Source: Priapulus caudatus (Eukaryota). Taken from it: a stretch of 39,633 nucleotides of DNA. The position numbers and the translations under genes were made by a program. Below the pieces are notes generated by a model that was not told the origin of the DNA, did no database searches, and was given only the letters and a program-made list of their open reading frames with translations. Positions 22,897 to 34,289 of the stretch are shown here, in pieces. Positions within the stretch are counted from its first letter, which is position 1; each line of letters opens with the position of its first letter. Location: positions 592,188-631,820 of the forward strand of contig NW_014577078.1 in the NCBI RefSeq assembly GCF_000485595.1, written 5' to 3'.

Positions 22897-23627
22897 CTGG
22901 AGTTGAAGACAGAGTGTGTGAGCGCGATGAAGGAGCGTGAGCGTGAGCTGCTCAGCCAGCTCAGCGCTCCTATGGACCAGAAGATTGCGACTATCCTGCG
23001 ACGCATGCACGACGAGCACCGCCACCTGCTGCAGAGCCAGCTCACGCTGCTGCGCCGTGAGTGCGAGGGGCGCGGCGTGCCCACGCAGACGGTCACGCTG
23101 TCGCACAGCGACGCCATGACGCCCGGATGGCGACGCGGACATCAGCGCGACCGGGCGACGCCCCGCGCGTCAGAACTGTCGTCGGACGGCGATGCCGATC
23201 ACCTTGACGATGGCGCGCACGAGATCGTCATGGCGACGGACGACGACGTCGTGTCGAGTCGGCTCGCCGCCGGTGACGAGATCGTGACGCAGTACGTCGA
23301 CGAGCAGGATGATGTCATCATAAGCGACTCACATGAAGTGGTGATGTCATCGTCGCAGGCAGGCGACGACGGGACAGTCGAAGAAGTGGTGTTGCTGGAG
23401 CAGAGCGATGTGGTTTCTTGCCAGCAGGTGGCACGCCGTGCAACACTGGCAGCACTGTGCTGTCGCTGGTCGATTCTCATATCAACGAGCTGCCTGTCCA
23501 GTTGCCAGATGAGGATGGCTCTCCGAGAAGGAGTGTTCGGACCTATGGAAGAGCGAAGAGAAACTCTGGTGCTATATCTGACTCGAAAAGAGTGCGCAAA
23601 GAGGCGAAAATGAAAGCGTCTGCAAGT
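22897..23627 (+). CDS. Large exon of an uncharacterised protein: predicted coiled coil, D/E/V-rich acidic region and basic tail; probably one frameshift near 23410-23420
   Basis: cattgcag|CTG acceptor; GC3-rich non-repetitive ORF (22852..23613). The overlapping frame 23418 onward (…SPRRSVRTYGRAKR…SKRVRKEAKMKASAS) ends at an AGT|gtatgt donor. Confidence 0.6.
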
Positions 23628-24290
23628 GTATGTGCGCATATTTGCGCATGCATGTATACATTTGCGCATATTCGTACATGTGTGCGTGTGTTTGTGTGTG
23701 TCTATATGGGCAAGTTCAGACTGAGTGCATGCGTGTGCACACATTTTGTACATGATTGTGTGTGCGTGCGTTCGTGCGTGTGTCCATTTAAGTCTGCGTG
23801 CGTGTGGCTTATGTGTATGTAAGCGGCCACGCAGCCCAACATGTTCAGCAAATAGTTAAAGAATATCACTGTCAACTGTAATTTAGGTATCATTGCATAA
23901 TTTATTAAGACCTGCTATCGCTTTTAGCTTCATGTATAGACATAGTGTTTTATACTATGGATTCATAGCGTGTTGTAGCATTTATGTATTAGAGCGTAAC
24001 CTTAGGAACAACTATGTCGGTATATTATAACGTTTGTCAGTGTTTGTGCTATATTGTGCTCACTGTATTATGATTTTTGACCTTGTTGTGTATGTACATA
24101 GATAACATTTCATTGTTAATAAAATATTACATTTATATTAAATGGAAGTTCAGTTTTGGTGTTTTATTACACTATCTGCAAAGCCTTTAACAACAAAATA
24201 ATAGCAATAATTTTTCTTCCAGACATAGAAATAAGCATAGAGACACAATCTAAACCTAACTTGTATATTACGTATTTCTATGCTTTCAAA

Positions 24291-27274
24291 CCTGGGGCCT
24301 GGGGTTGTCAGAAACAAAATTGATCTTAACATTTTAAAGGGATCGTTTACTCTAGGTTCTAGCCGGTTTATTTTATTTTGTAGTTAATTTAGGTTAAAAT
24401 GCGGCTACATAAAAAGTCAATGGTCAATCACCATTAGAAATATTATTAAAAATGTTTAAAACTACAGACTACAGTTTTGAATTACAACCGACGGCTGGCC
24501 GCCACTCAAATGGCCGATCCTGATTGATTGTGCAAAACGACTTTTCAGCCAAGGGCTACAGACAGGGTTGTTCTTATTTATTAATTTAAAGCAAAGGATC
24601 TGTATATCTTTATAAACGAAATAGTTTTCAGTTATATATGGATAATTTACCCTAAATTTGAATTACGTTCGGTAATAGCATTTAAGTTAATCGAGCTTGG
24701 CGACTAACATCGCCGATTCTATCGCGAGTTTGATCAAAATCGCCGGTGAAATCGCGCCTAGAGCGTGCATGCATGTGCACGTTAGACGTGCCTTGTGCCG
24801 TGCGTGCGTGGTGCGTGGGCACGTTACGACGTTACAGCTGCGCTGCATTCATGGCGTTGCGTGGTGTGGTATGTAACGTCGCTGTGTATTGTAACGTAGC
24901 GTGGCCATGCCCTGTGCGTGCTGCGTTTGGCCAATGTGCGCTGATGCGTGCGTGTGCACGTATCGTCGCGTGCGTGCGCGACCTGGTAGCATGTGTGCGT
25001 GTGCACGTGCGGCGTGCCGATGCGTGCGTGCGCAAGTACACGGGTTGCGTGGGTGCGTGTGTACGTACACGTGCGGCAGTGCGTGCGTGACGTGTCGCGT
25101 TGCAGTTACACTGTGCCGTTGCGTGCGTGTGTACGGTACACGTGCGTCGTGCGTTGCGTGCGATGTGCATTACACGACGTACATGCGTGCGCGCCGGGGG
25201 AAGCAACACGTGTGAACGTAGCACCCGTGCGTCGCGTGCCGTGGTTGTGCGTGCGACCAGCCGATCGTCCGTGCGCTGCTGGCTTGTGGGTACGTGTGCA
25301 CGTATTACGTGCGGGCGTGCGATTACACGTTGCGTCCGGTCGCGTGGCGTCTGCACGTACACGTCGCGGGCGTGGTGCGTGCGTGCGTGCTGTGTGAACG
25401 AACACGGTCACGTGCCTGCGTGGTGTGTGTGGTGCGTTCTGCACGTATACGTGCGGTGCGTGCCGTGCTGTGGTACACGTGCGTGCATTGTGTGCGTAGG
25501 TGCGTTGCGTGCGTTTTACACGTGCGTGCATGTGTGCGTGTGCACCGTACACGTGAGGCGCGTGCGTGCGTCGCGTGTGCAAGTACACGTGCGTGCGTGC
25601 GTGTTGTACGTACACGTGCGTTCGCGGCGTGCGTGCGTGTGCCTTACACGTGGTACATGCGTGGGTGTGAACGTACACGTGCGTGTCTGCGGTGCACCCG
25701 TGTGTGAGTGCGTGCTGTGTTAGTACGTACCACGTGCGGCCCGCCGTCCGGGAGCGGCTCGCCCGCAAACCCGTCCCTGGTGCGTGACGGTGGGCGTGCG
25801 TGTGTGTGTGTGGCCAGGTAACACGTGAGTGCGTGCGTGCTGCACGTACACTGTGGTGCGGCTGTGCGTATGCCACATATACGTGGCGTGCGTGCGGTTA
25901 TGCACGTTCACCTGCGTTCATCGCGTACGTGCCTGCGTGCGTGTGCAAGTACACCCCGCGCGTGCTGTGCGTGCGTGCAGTGAATAGCGTGTTACGTACA
26001 CTGCGTGCGTGCTTATTGGCACGCTTCACCTGCGTTGCATACGTGCGTTCGTACGTGCCTCGTGCGTCGTGCAGTTCACTGCGTGGCATGCGTGCGTGAC
26101 CCGTACGTGCCCTTGCGTGCGTGTGCAGCGTACACGTTCGTTCGCTGCGTGCTGTGCGTGTGTGCACGTGTGCAGGTAACGTTGTGCCATGTAGTGCCGT
26201 GGTGTGTGGCGTGTGCAGGTACACGTTGTGTGCATGTGTGCGTGTGCGTCGTGCGTGTGTAGTGCAGGTAACTGTTGGCGTGCGTGCGTGCTTGCATGTA
26301 CACGTAAGACGTGCTCGTGCGTTGCGTGAACGTAGTGCACGTACACGTGCGTGCATGCATGCGTGCGCCGTGCTGGGGTTGCAGGTACCGTGCGGTGCAG
26401 GAGTGTGTGCGTGCGTGTGCACGTACACGTGCGTGACTGCTGGCGTGAGTGCATCGCTTATTACATGACTGACATACTACACATAGAACATCCGCTATTA
26501 CGTTCAGTTTCATTTGAAACTCTGATTGGCTGCAATTGAATTGCTACAAATCGGCCCTCTGCGAATCTTATCCGCCGCGCCTCGGACACACTTTAGTGAT
26601 TAAATCGGGCGACTAAATGGGCGGACTAATTGCCCGATTAATATCAAAACGTTTGATCTATGCCGAATTAAATCGGGCCCGACGATAATCGGCCGCGACG
26701 AAATCGCGCGATTTGTGTGGACACACTAGGCGATTTCACCGCGCGATTTAGTCACCGATTTTGTCGCCGATTTAACACTCGCCTAGTGTGTCTGGCCCTT
26801 TAGGAATATAAAATATAATTGCACTTTTGTGATTAGGCCCTCGGTCCTGTAACGTCAAAATAATTTGTTTAAATACGCAGTTTTTTCCGGGGTGGCGACG
26901 GTTGCGAGGTGTCTGGCAGCCGTTCAATTCGTCGCGTTTGATGTGTAAGTTATTATAACAATTAATTGGTATCTGTGAAATAGTATTACGTGTGGGGTAT
27001 ACTAGACGAATTTTGTTCTCATACGAGTAAGTACGTTGAATGCGAGTAAAATTCTAGAGGTCTTACTATCCTTTAACGTTTTTCTCTTAGACGTTGACAG
27101 AATAATTTGCGTCGAGTTACGAGAATGGAAAAATCGTAGCAGATTCTCCTCATAGAATACGAAACAAAGTGATGTCGACGGTCTAGTGAGAAATTTGTAT
27201 CTTAATGAAGAATGAGACTACTAATGTTTGATAGCACTAATTTTATTGTTTCTGACAACGTCAACGGGCCCCTG
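24291..27274. mobile_element. Possible degenerate TIR element enclosing a Harbinger-like MITE remnant and a GT/CG simple repeat
   Basis: CCTGGGGCCTGGGGTTGTCAGAAACAAAATT (24291) versus AATTTTATTGTTTCTGACAACGTCAACGGGCCCCTGG (to 27274). Inner inverted arms AAATCGCCGGTGAAATCGCGCCTAG (~24737) and CTAGGCGATTTCACCGCGCGATTT (~26726), with the terminus ...CTAGTGTGTCTGGCCCT (~26799). No TSD established. Confidence 0.4.
24762..26455. repeat. Noisy GTGC/GTACAC-based simple repeat
   Basis: Direct reading. Confidence 0.9.
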
Positions 27275-29179
27275 GTAGTCAAGGAGCTACATATAACGTA
27301 TATATATATTGAAATAGCTATTACCGGCCTTCCAGACGGGTTCGGAGGTGGGGTATCTTGACTCGAGGTGACGGTTTAACCATTTATTCTTCACTTTATA
27401 TTTCCGAGCGTGTTATTAATTACAGTAACGAAAATACTCGATATTTAACTCGAGTCAATATACCAATATTTGTTTAAAAAAAATGTATCTAAATCTATAT
27501 AAAATCTTTGAATTTAGCAAGAGGAGAAGATAGAATTTTAGAAGAGGAAATTAGGGGAATGGAGTCATTTCATAGAACAATTTTACTTATTTAGATATTT
27601 TTTTGAAAATATAATTCTGGTTAGAAGCATCAATAATACAGTCAAATTCTTTAACAAACAGCAAATGCATTTGAAGTTAGTTTTTGAAGATATATTTTCT
27701 TGAAGCACGTGGACGGCGGCGGCAGGGTTACACCTCCCCGTTGTCAATATTTGGCCACACGCGCGGCACAGCACGCATCACACACACACGCGCGCACGCA
27801 CGCACACACCGCTTCCAACACACGGGCATGCGACACGCACAATCACACGGCACCCCGCACACACATACCCAATACACACACGGCGCGCACCACACATACA
27901 CTCACACGCACATTGCGCACGCACACGCCACCACACACGCATACATGACATACATACATACATACACGCACACGCAACGCACACGCAACACGCACACGCA
28001 CACGCACATGCACCCGACACGGCACACGCACACGCACATGTACACGCACACGCACCAACAGCGCACGTGGACACACACATTACACACACATAACACTGAG
28101 CTGTCGTATCTCGTTGGGGTTTGTCTTAATTTTCGCTCAAGCTTGTGCGCGGAGTGACCATTGGCCTGTTTATACACGCAGCCGCAATGTCTTTGTGTTG
28201 TTGATATGTGTGTGGCTGTGTGTGTGTGTGTGTGCGTGCGGGGTTGCGTGCCCGCAGCGTGCGTGCGGTTAGTGTTGGTCTCTTGCTATGCGTAGGTGAA
28301 GGCTCACCTAATTAAGGCCTTATTGTCGCTTTCCTTTAATCTACAATTGTTAGCTATATTTATCATTAAACCCGGAAAAACAGAGATTAATAGTTTAACA
28401 ATTTCAAGGTAGGAAAAGGGGTTGTGTGTGTCTTAGACAATCTAAACGCGTATAAAATTGTCAGAGCATTGGGGCCGGGTAAGCGCTCGGGCACGGTTAC
28501 ACCTCCCGTTACAAATGTTTGCACACAGGCGCGCACGCACGTACGCACCGTATTCACACACATACGGCATGCGCGCACGCACAATCACCACGCGCCACCA
28601 CGCACACACATACACATTTACCAGCACACCAGGTGCGCGCACACACTACACGCACACGCAACGCACGGCACGCACGCACGCACGCACACACCCACACACA
28701 CACACACACACCAAGCACCACACCACCATACAATTCAGCCGTCTCTCGGTTGGGGTTCTTTTCTTAATTTCGCCTCACAGCGGCGCGGCAGTGCTTCGTT
28801 GTTTATACACCGCAAGGCCGCAAATCGCAGCGCGTCGACGCCCGTGATTTTCAAGTGGACGTTGCGGTAGCAGGTGATTCACATGGCTCTGAGTTTGGAC
28901 TGCGCTATCGGATTTGGCCGATCTTAGAAAGTTGAGTCGCTGGGTGATTCATCGTACTTGCTTTGGTGCGGGATTTCGATGAATGCCGGTTTTTCGCGCA
29001 CATTAACTTTTTTCAGAAAATTGCCGTCAAAAGTCAGTTTACGTGTGAAAAATCGCGTTCTAACGTAGCTGCGAATTAGTCGCGACGCCAGAAGGGGCCC
29101 CAGCTGGGTGATGTCGCGGAGCACGAGGCGGGGCGGCCACGGTTTCGGAGAGATACGTAAGAACGGAGTTCGGCTCCTT

Positions 29180-29649
29180 CACATATTATAGTAGTATGAT
29201 AGTATACTATAGTTATATAGTTATATGTTATATGTTATATGGTTATATGTATATATGTATATAGTTATATGTTATATGTAATATGTTATTGTAATATGTA
29301 ATATGTAAATATGTATGTATATGTAAATGTATATGTAAATGTATATGTAAATGTATATGTAATATGTAATATGTATATATGTATGTAATATATATATGTG
29401 TATATATATATATATATATATGTGTGTGTATATGTGTGTACATATATATATATATGTGTGTATCAATATATATGTGTGTATATATATATATATGTGTATA
29501 TATGTATGTAATATGTATATGTATATGTTATTGTAATATGTAATATGTAATATGTATGTATATGTATATGTATATGGGTAAGTGTATATGTAAATGGTAT
29601 GTAGATGATAATATGTAAATGTACATATGTACTAATGTATTGTAATATG
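29180..29649. repeat. (TA/TATG)n low-complexity tract inside the P-like element
   Basis: Direct reading. Confidence 0.9.
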
Positions 29650-30115
29650 CAGGCCCGTTAGCCAGCTTTCTATTGGGGGGGTTGTTTTTCAATGTTGGCA
29701 ATTTGCTCGCAGGGGCGTGTACAGGATTTGTACAGGGGGTCTAACCGTATCATAGTTAGCGAGCACGCGAAGGGGTCGGGTCTGGGGGTTTTAAAATTAC
29801 ACCGCCTCAGATGCGTTTTCTGCCGCGAGCAAGCGGCGTCGGGCTCCCTGGACCCCCCTGGTACACGCCCTGCTCGGCGCGAAAGCGACCAGGCGAGGGA
29901 GCAAGCGACGACGGGGGGGGGTGTGGGAGCGGGGGGTTTATCACTGTTCACCCTCCCGCACGATGGAGATTGTGCAATTATTACACTTAAATGGAGCGAC
30001 CTGAGGATGAAATTCTGTAGTTGTGTGCGAGAGAGAATTTTTTTAAGCTTGGGGGCTCGGGGCTCGGGTGGGGGGGGTTCGTTTCGAACCCCGAACCCCC
30101 TGCGCTACGGGCCTG
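29650..30115. mobile_element. hAT-like MITE nested in the P-like element
   Basis: TIRs CAGGCCCGT(T)AGC ... GCTACGGGCCTG with G-run subterminal motifs. TSD not resolvable in the TA-rich flank. Confidence 0.7.
29710..29872. mobile_element. Second hAT-like MITE nested in the previous one
   Basis: TIRs CAGGGGCGTGTACAGG ... CCTGGTACACGCCCTG. Confidence 0.65.
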
Positions 30116-30363
30116 ATATGTAATTGTTATAGTTATATGTTATATGTAATATAGTTATATATGTAGCTCCTTGCTGGTAGTGGTAGTGGTACACATGGTT
30201 GGGTATGATCAGGTTATGCAAAACGGATAACCTTTAAAATTAAACGTATAATTTTATCTGGGTACTCGTACCTATGCCCATATTGGTTCAGGATAGAGAT
30301 GATGTCCAGGACAGTGATTTGATTCATAGATTGTGTTCATAAAAATATAAAAATACGTCTTAG

Positions 30364-30609
30364 CTATTTTTGTCGTGCGATGGCGCTAGCAGTGCTGCAA
30401 ACAAGCGCAGCTGCGCAAGTGCAAGTTCTAAATGTGTGTAGCTGCTCAGAACTCTCAAACTGGCTGTGAAACTCCTCCAGATCATGCAGTTCAACATGTA
30501 CGAGTCGCTCATAGCATGGAAGAAGTCCATCAAATTATATCTACGTATGAGAAGGAAAATTCTAGCAAGTTTGTTGTTTGGCAATCGCCAAAAGGTTTCG
30601 GAAATACAG
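30364..30609 (+). CDS. Candidate exon of the intronic gene ending in a CaRF/ALS2CR8-like N-terminal motif (AHSMEEVHQIISTYEKENSSKFVVWQSPKGFGNT); needs one indel near 30435
   Basis: gtcttag|CTA acceptor (phase 0, matches the 23627 donor) and CAG|gtatag donor; ORF 30432..30644. Family resemblance is from memory of invertebrate CaRF-like proteins. Confidence 0.5.
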
Positions 30610-30704
30610 GTATAGTTATGACTGTCATAGACCCTTGCACGTGACGCTCATCAAAACGGCGGCCCATGTTGGCGCATTGGGCGACCATAGCTTGCGACGC
30701 GGTT

Positions 30705-31113
30705 TGTCTTATTCAGGCCGAGTACGGGAGATTACCGGTACGCATATATTTGTAACTCATATTGTACTAATCGCGCCCAGTCAATAAACTCAATATTTAC
30801 AGAGAGTTTATAGCTAAGACATGTGTCTATAGGTATCTAGAATATATTATGCCAAATGATCTCCCGATATCGGCTTGAAATTTCATTACTCTGTGATATT
30901 GAGTTTATTGACGCCATTAGTCATATAGCAAATATATGCGCGCGGAAGTGAAATTTACAGATGATGAAATTTCTAAAATTCTAGGTACGGATAGACACGG
31001 GTCTTAAACAGCTATACTCTTCTGTGAATTATTGGTTTATTGACGCCACGATTGTATATATAGCAAATAGATGCACGTACCGTAATCTCACGTTACCGGC
31101 CTGAATATAGACA
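30705..31113. mobile_element. Fold-back MITE with long imperfect arms and an internal partial duplication
   Basis: TGTCTTATTCAGGCCG..GAGATTACCGGTACG..GTCAATAAACTCAATA pairs with TATTGGTTTATTGAC..CGTACCGTAATCTCAC..CGGCCTGAATATAGACA. Confidence 0.7.
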
Positions 31114-31131
31114 CTCCTTAGTGGACGTCAG

Positions 31132-31510
31132 GTATACGGGATGAGGTTCAGTTTAGAGAGAGCTCAACAATTTCCAGACGAAAATGTGTGAATTATTGTG
31201 TAGGTTAGTGGAATTGTACTAACGATCTGTAGTGGAAATAAGGATAGGAGTTCTTTCGACTACCTGCTGTTATAAACTATATAATCAGGGAGAATATGAG
31301 AAGTGTATCACAAAGGAGAGTGGCGTTCACACCCAGACAGATAGTTACTCGGACCTTGTTATGACGCAACCTTATCTGAGCTACCAGCTACCTCTAGACG
31401 GAAAACATTGAGTTATAAGAGCCAGTATCGGAGCACTCAGCGCCCGAGCGTGTCACTAGAATGTTTTGCGGAAATGATGATAGTTAAATATTTACAGGGC
31501 TACCGACTTT
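31132..31510 (+). pseudogene. Frameshifted coding-like segment continuing the CaRF-like region (…ICSGNKDR…SD(H)CY…RRKTLSYKSQYRSTQRPSVSLECFAEMMIVKYLQGYRL)
   Basis: Pieces lie in different frames. The final block resembles CaRF CPARIYIKKVQKFPEYRV. Boundaries are uncertain; it could be a real exon with sequencing indels. Confidence 0.35.
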
Positions 31511-31624
31511 TACTTGACATGTTATGTTATATGATTCTTCATTGGAGCGTTTTTTACCCTCTGTCGCCAGATTTCCAATGTTTATGTGACGCTTATGAGT
31601 TGAGGGACTTAACCTGTCAGTTCA

Positions 31625-31777
31625 TTTCCTTCTTGCTCTCTGGTCTCTCCTCTTCCTTTCCTCTTCTCTCTTCTCTCTCCTCTCTGTCTTCCTGCCTCTC
31701 TCTCTCTCTCTCTTTCTCTCTCTTCTGCTCTCTCTCTCTCCTCTCTCTCTACTCTCTCTCTCCTCTCTCTTCTCTCT

Positions 31778-31812
<35 letters not shown>

Positions 31813-32010
31813 TCTCTCTCTGTCTCTCCTCCCTCTCTGTCTCTCTGTCTCTCCTCCTCTCTCTCTTCTCTCTCTCCTCTTTTCTCCCTCTCTCTCTATC
31901 TGTCTCTCCTCCTCCTCCTCCTCCTCCCTATCTTTCTATCTGTCTCTCCTCCTCCTCCCTCTTGCTCTCTGTCTCTCCTCCTCCTCCTCTTTCTCTCTGG
32001 TCTCTCCTTC

Positions 32011-32055
<45 letters not shown>

Positions 32056-33378
32056 TTCTGTCTCTCCTCCTTCTCTCTCTCTCTGTCTCTCCTCCTCCCT
32101 CTCTCTCTGTCTCTCCTCCTCTCCTCATCGCTTCTCTGTTTCTTCTCCTCCTCTCTCTGGCTCTCTGCTCTCCTCCTTCCTCTCTTCTTGCTTTCTCTCC
32201 TCTCCTGCTTGCTCTCTGGTCTCCTCATCCCCTCTCTCTCTCTCTCCTCCCCTCTCTCTCTAATGTCTCCTCCTCGCCTCTCTCTCTCTCTCTCTGTCGC
32301 TCCTCCCTTCTCTCTTCTCTGGGTCTCTCTCCCTTTCTCTCTAATCTCTGGTCTCCGGACTCACCCTTCCTCTCCCTTCTGTCTGCTCCTATTTCTTCGC
32401 CTCCTCTCTCTTCTCTGATGTCTATCTCCTCTTCTTGGCTCTTCTGTCTCTCCTCCTCCCCCCCACCCCTCTTTCTCTCTGTGTCTTCTCCTCCTCCCTG
32501 ATTTCTTCGTGTCTAACTTCCTCCTCCCTCATCGCTCCCTCCGCTGTCTCTCCTCCCTCTCTTTCTCTGTTTCTCCTCCTCCCATCTCTCTCTGTCTCTC
32601 CGTCCTCCTTCCTCGTCTCTCTTCTCTCTCTCGGTCTCTGTCTATTCCTATTCCCTTCTCTTCTCTGTTCTCTCCTTCCCCTCCTCGGTCTCTTGTTCTC
32701 TCCTCCTCTTCACTCTCTGTCTTCTCCTCCTCCCGCCCTTCCTTTCTCTCTGTCTCCTCTCCTCCCTTCGCTCTCTCTGTTTCTCCTCCCTCCTCCCCTC
32801 CGCTCTCCTTGCCTCCTCCTTCTCTCACTCTCATTTCTTGCTCTTCATCTTCCTCCTTTGGGCTCCTCTGGGCTCTCCTCATCCCTCTCCTCTTCTTCCC
32901 CTCCCCCTTCTCTCTCTCTGTTCTCTCCTCCCTCATCTGTCTCTCCGTGAGTCTCTCTCTCCCTCTCTCTCTCTCTCTGTCGGTCCTCCTCTCTCTCTTC
33001 TGGTCTCTCTCTCTTTTCTCTCTCATCTCTCGGCCTCTTCCTCTCCCCCTCTGTCTCTCCTATTCTCTCTCCTCCTCTTCTCTTTTCTCTCTCTTCGGTC
33101 TCCCTCCTCCTCCCTCTCTGTCTATCCTCTTCTTCCTCTCCCTCCCTCTCTGTTCTCCTCCCTTCCTTCTCTCCTCCTCTCCTCTCTCTGCTCCACTCTC
33201 TCTCCTCCTCTTTCTTCTCTCTGCTCCTCTTCCTACTCTCTGTCCATCTCTATTCCTCCTCTCCTCTCTCTCTCTGTCTCCTCCTCCTCTCACCTTCCTC
33301 CTCTCCCTCCTCTCTTCTGTCTCTTTTCCCCTCCTCTCGCTCCTCTCTGCTCTCTTCCTCCTCTTCCTCCTCCAACTC
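31625..33378. repeat. CT/CCT-rich pyrimidine tract
   Basis: Direct reading. Confidence 0.95.
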
Positions 33379-34289
33379 CACGCTAACCTATTAATTACGT
33401 CGTCTACCAGATAGTACTAAATTAAATCCAGATTGACGACCGGTCGATACTCCTCTACGAGATCTGAAGCCGTTGCCGAAAGGAGATGTTCGTATCCAAC
33501 TGCGCTGAACGGCAGATCCTTTATTCGCGCAGTTCCGCGGCAAGGCGCATACGCGACTCTCGCCGTCGGGAACGTTCGTTACGACAGTTATGCAGCGCTG
33601 CGCTACGCTATGGATCCGTGTGCGCCGAATGAATTGGCGGCAGCGCCACGGATCCCATAGTCTGCCAGCGAACAGTCCGCACATTTTACGTGGGGGACCA
33701 GAGGTGTAGACATTGGACGTGATACAGTGTTCACTTGTTATAAAAACTTAACCCCGAGTAATCTCTTCGTAAACGAGCTGTGTCACGCTCGAAATCACAG
33801 AAAGAGCTGTCGAATTGTGACATTCGCCAACCTTGCCCAGTAATCGAACGGCTGTCTAATCAACGCCAAAAAACTACCGGCGCTCTTCGGCGACCAACGC
33901 TGCAACGTTTTTGCAAGTTCCAATGGGCGACGCTCGTACGGGAGTTGAGAAGCAGTGCGCGCCTGCTCCTGCCCGCCGCCTATAGCCCATTGACTGGCAC
34001 TCTCTGCCCCCTCTTCTCCGGCTTTAGCTTAAGTCACTCCATGGCCCTAATCCCCCGACGGTGGTGCGCGGTTCCTAGTCTATATATCGCCTGGTGGACC
34101 TCCCGCATATACCCTTCATTGAAAGAGGTAGGCCCTCTCTTCCTCTCGTCTCTCTCTTGGCATCTGCTAGACTCTCTTCTTCCTCTCTCTACTGCTCTCT
34201 CGTTTATACTAGAAACCATTAACAAATTCGTTAGTAACTATATTTTCCGTATTTAGTTAGCTACTATTTTATTCTAATGCCTCATCTCT

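Larger units (their letters stand above)
27280..30173. mobile_element. Non-autonomous ~2.9 kb DNA transposon with an 8-bp TSD (CTGGTAGT) and CAAGG...CCTTG termini; P-element-like
   Basis: CTGGTAGT|CAAGGAGCTACATATA ... TATATGTAGCTCCTTG|CTGGTAGT (TSDs at 27272-27279 and 30174-30181). TA-rich subterminal repeats; no transposase ORF seen. Confidence 0.85.

Noticed and set aside
27540..28830. Second tandem duplication (~770 bp period, GGTTACACCTCCC...GTTGGGGTT...TGTTTATACAC)
   Set aside because: Same indel-dominated divergence around CA-rich repeats; it cannot be told apart from a false duplication.
24746..28870. Numerous H/T/R- or C/V-rich ORFs on both strands
   Set aside because: Products of CA and GTGC simple repeats. 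The same applies to the ORFs at 8967-10080 and 14701-15098.
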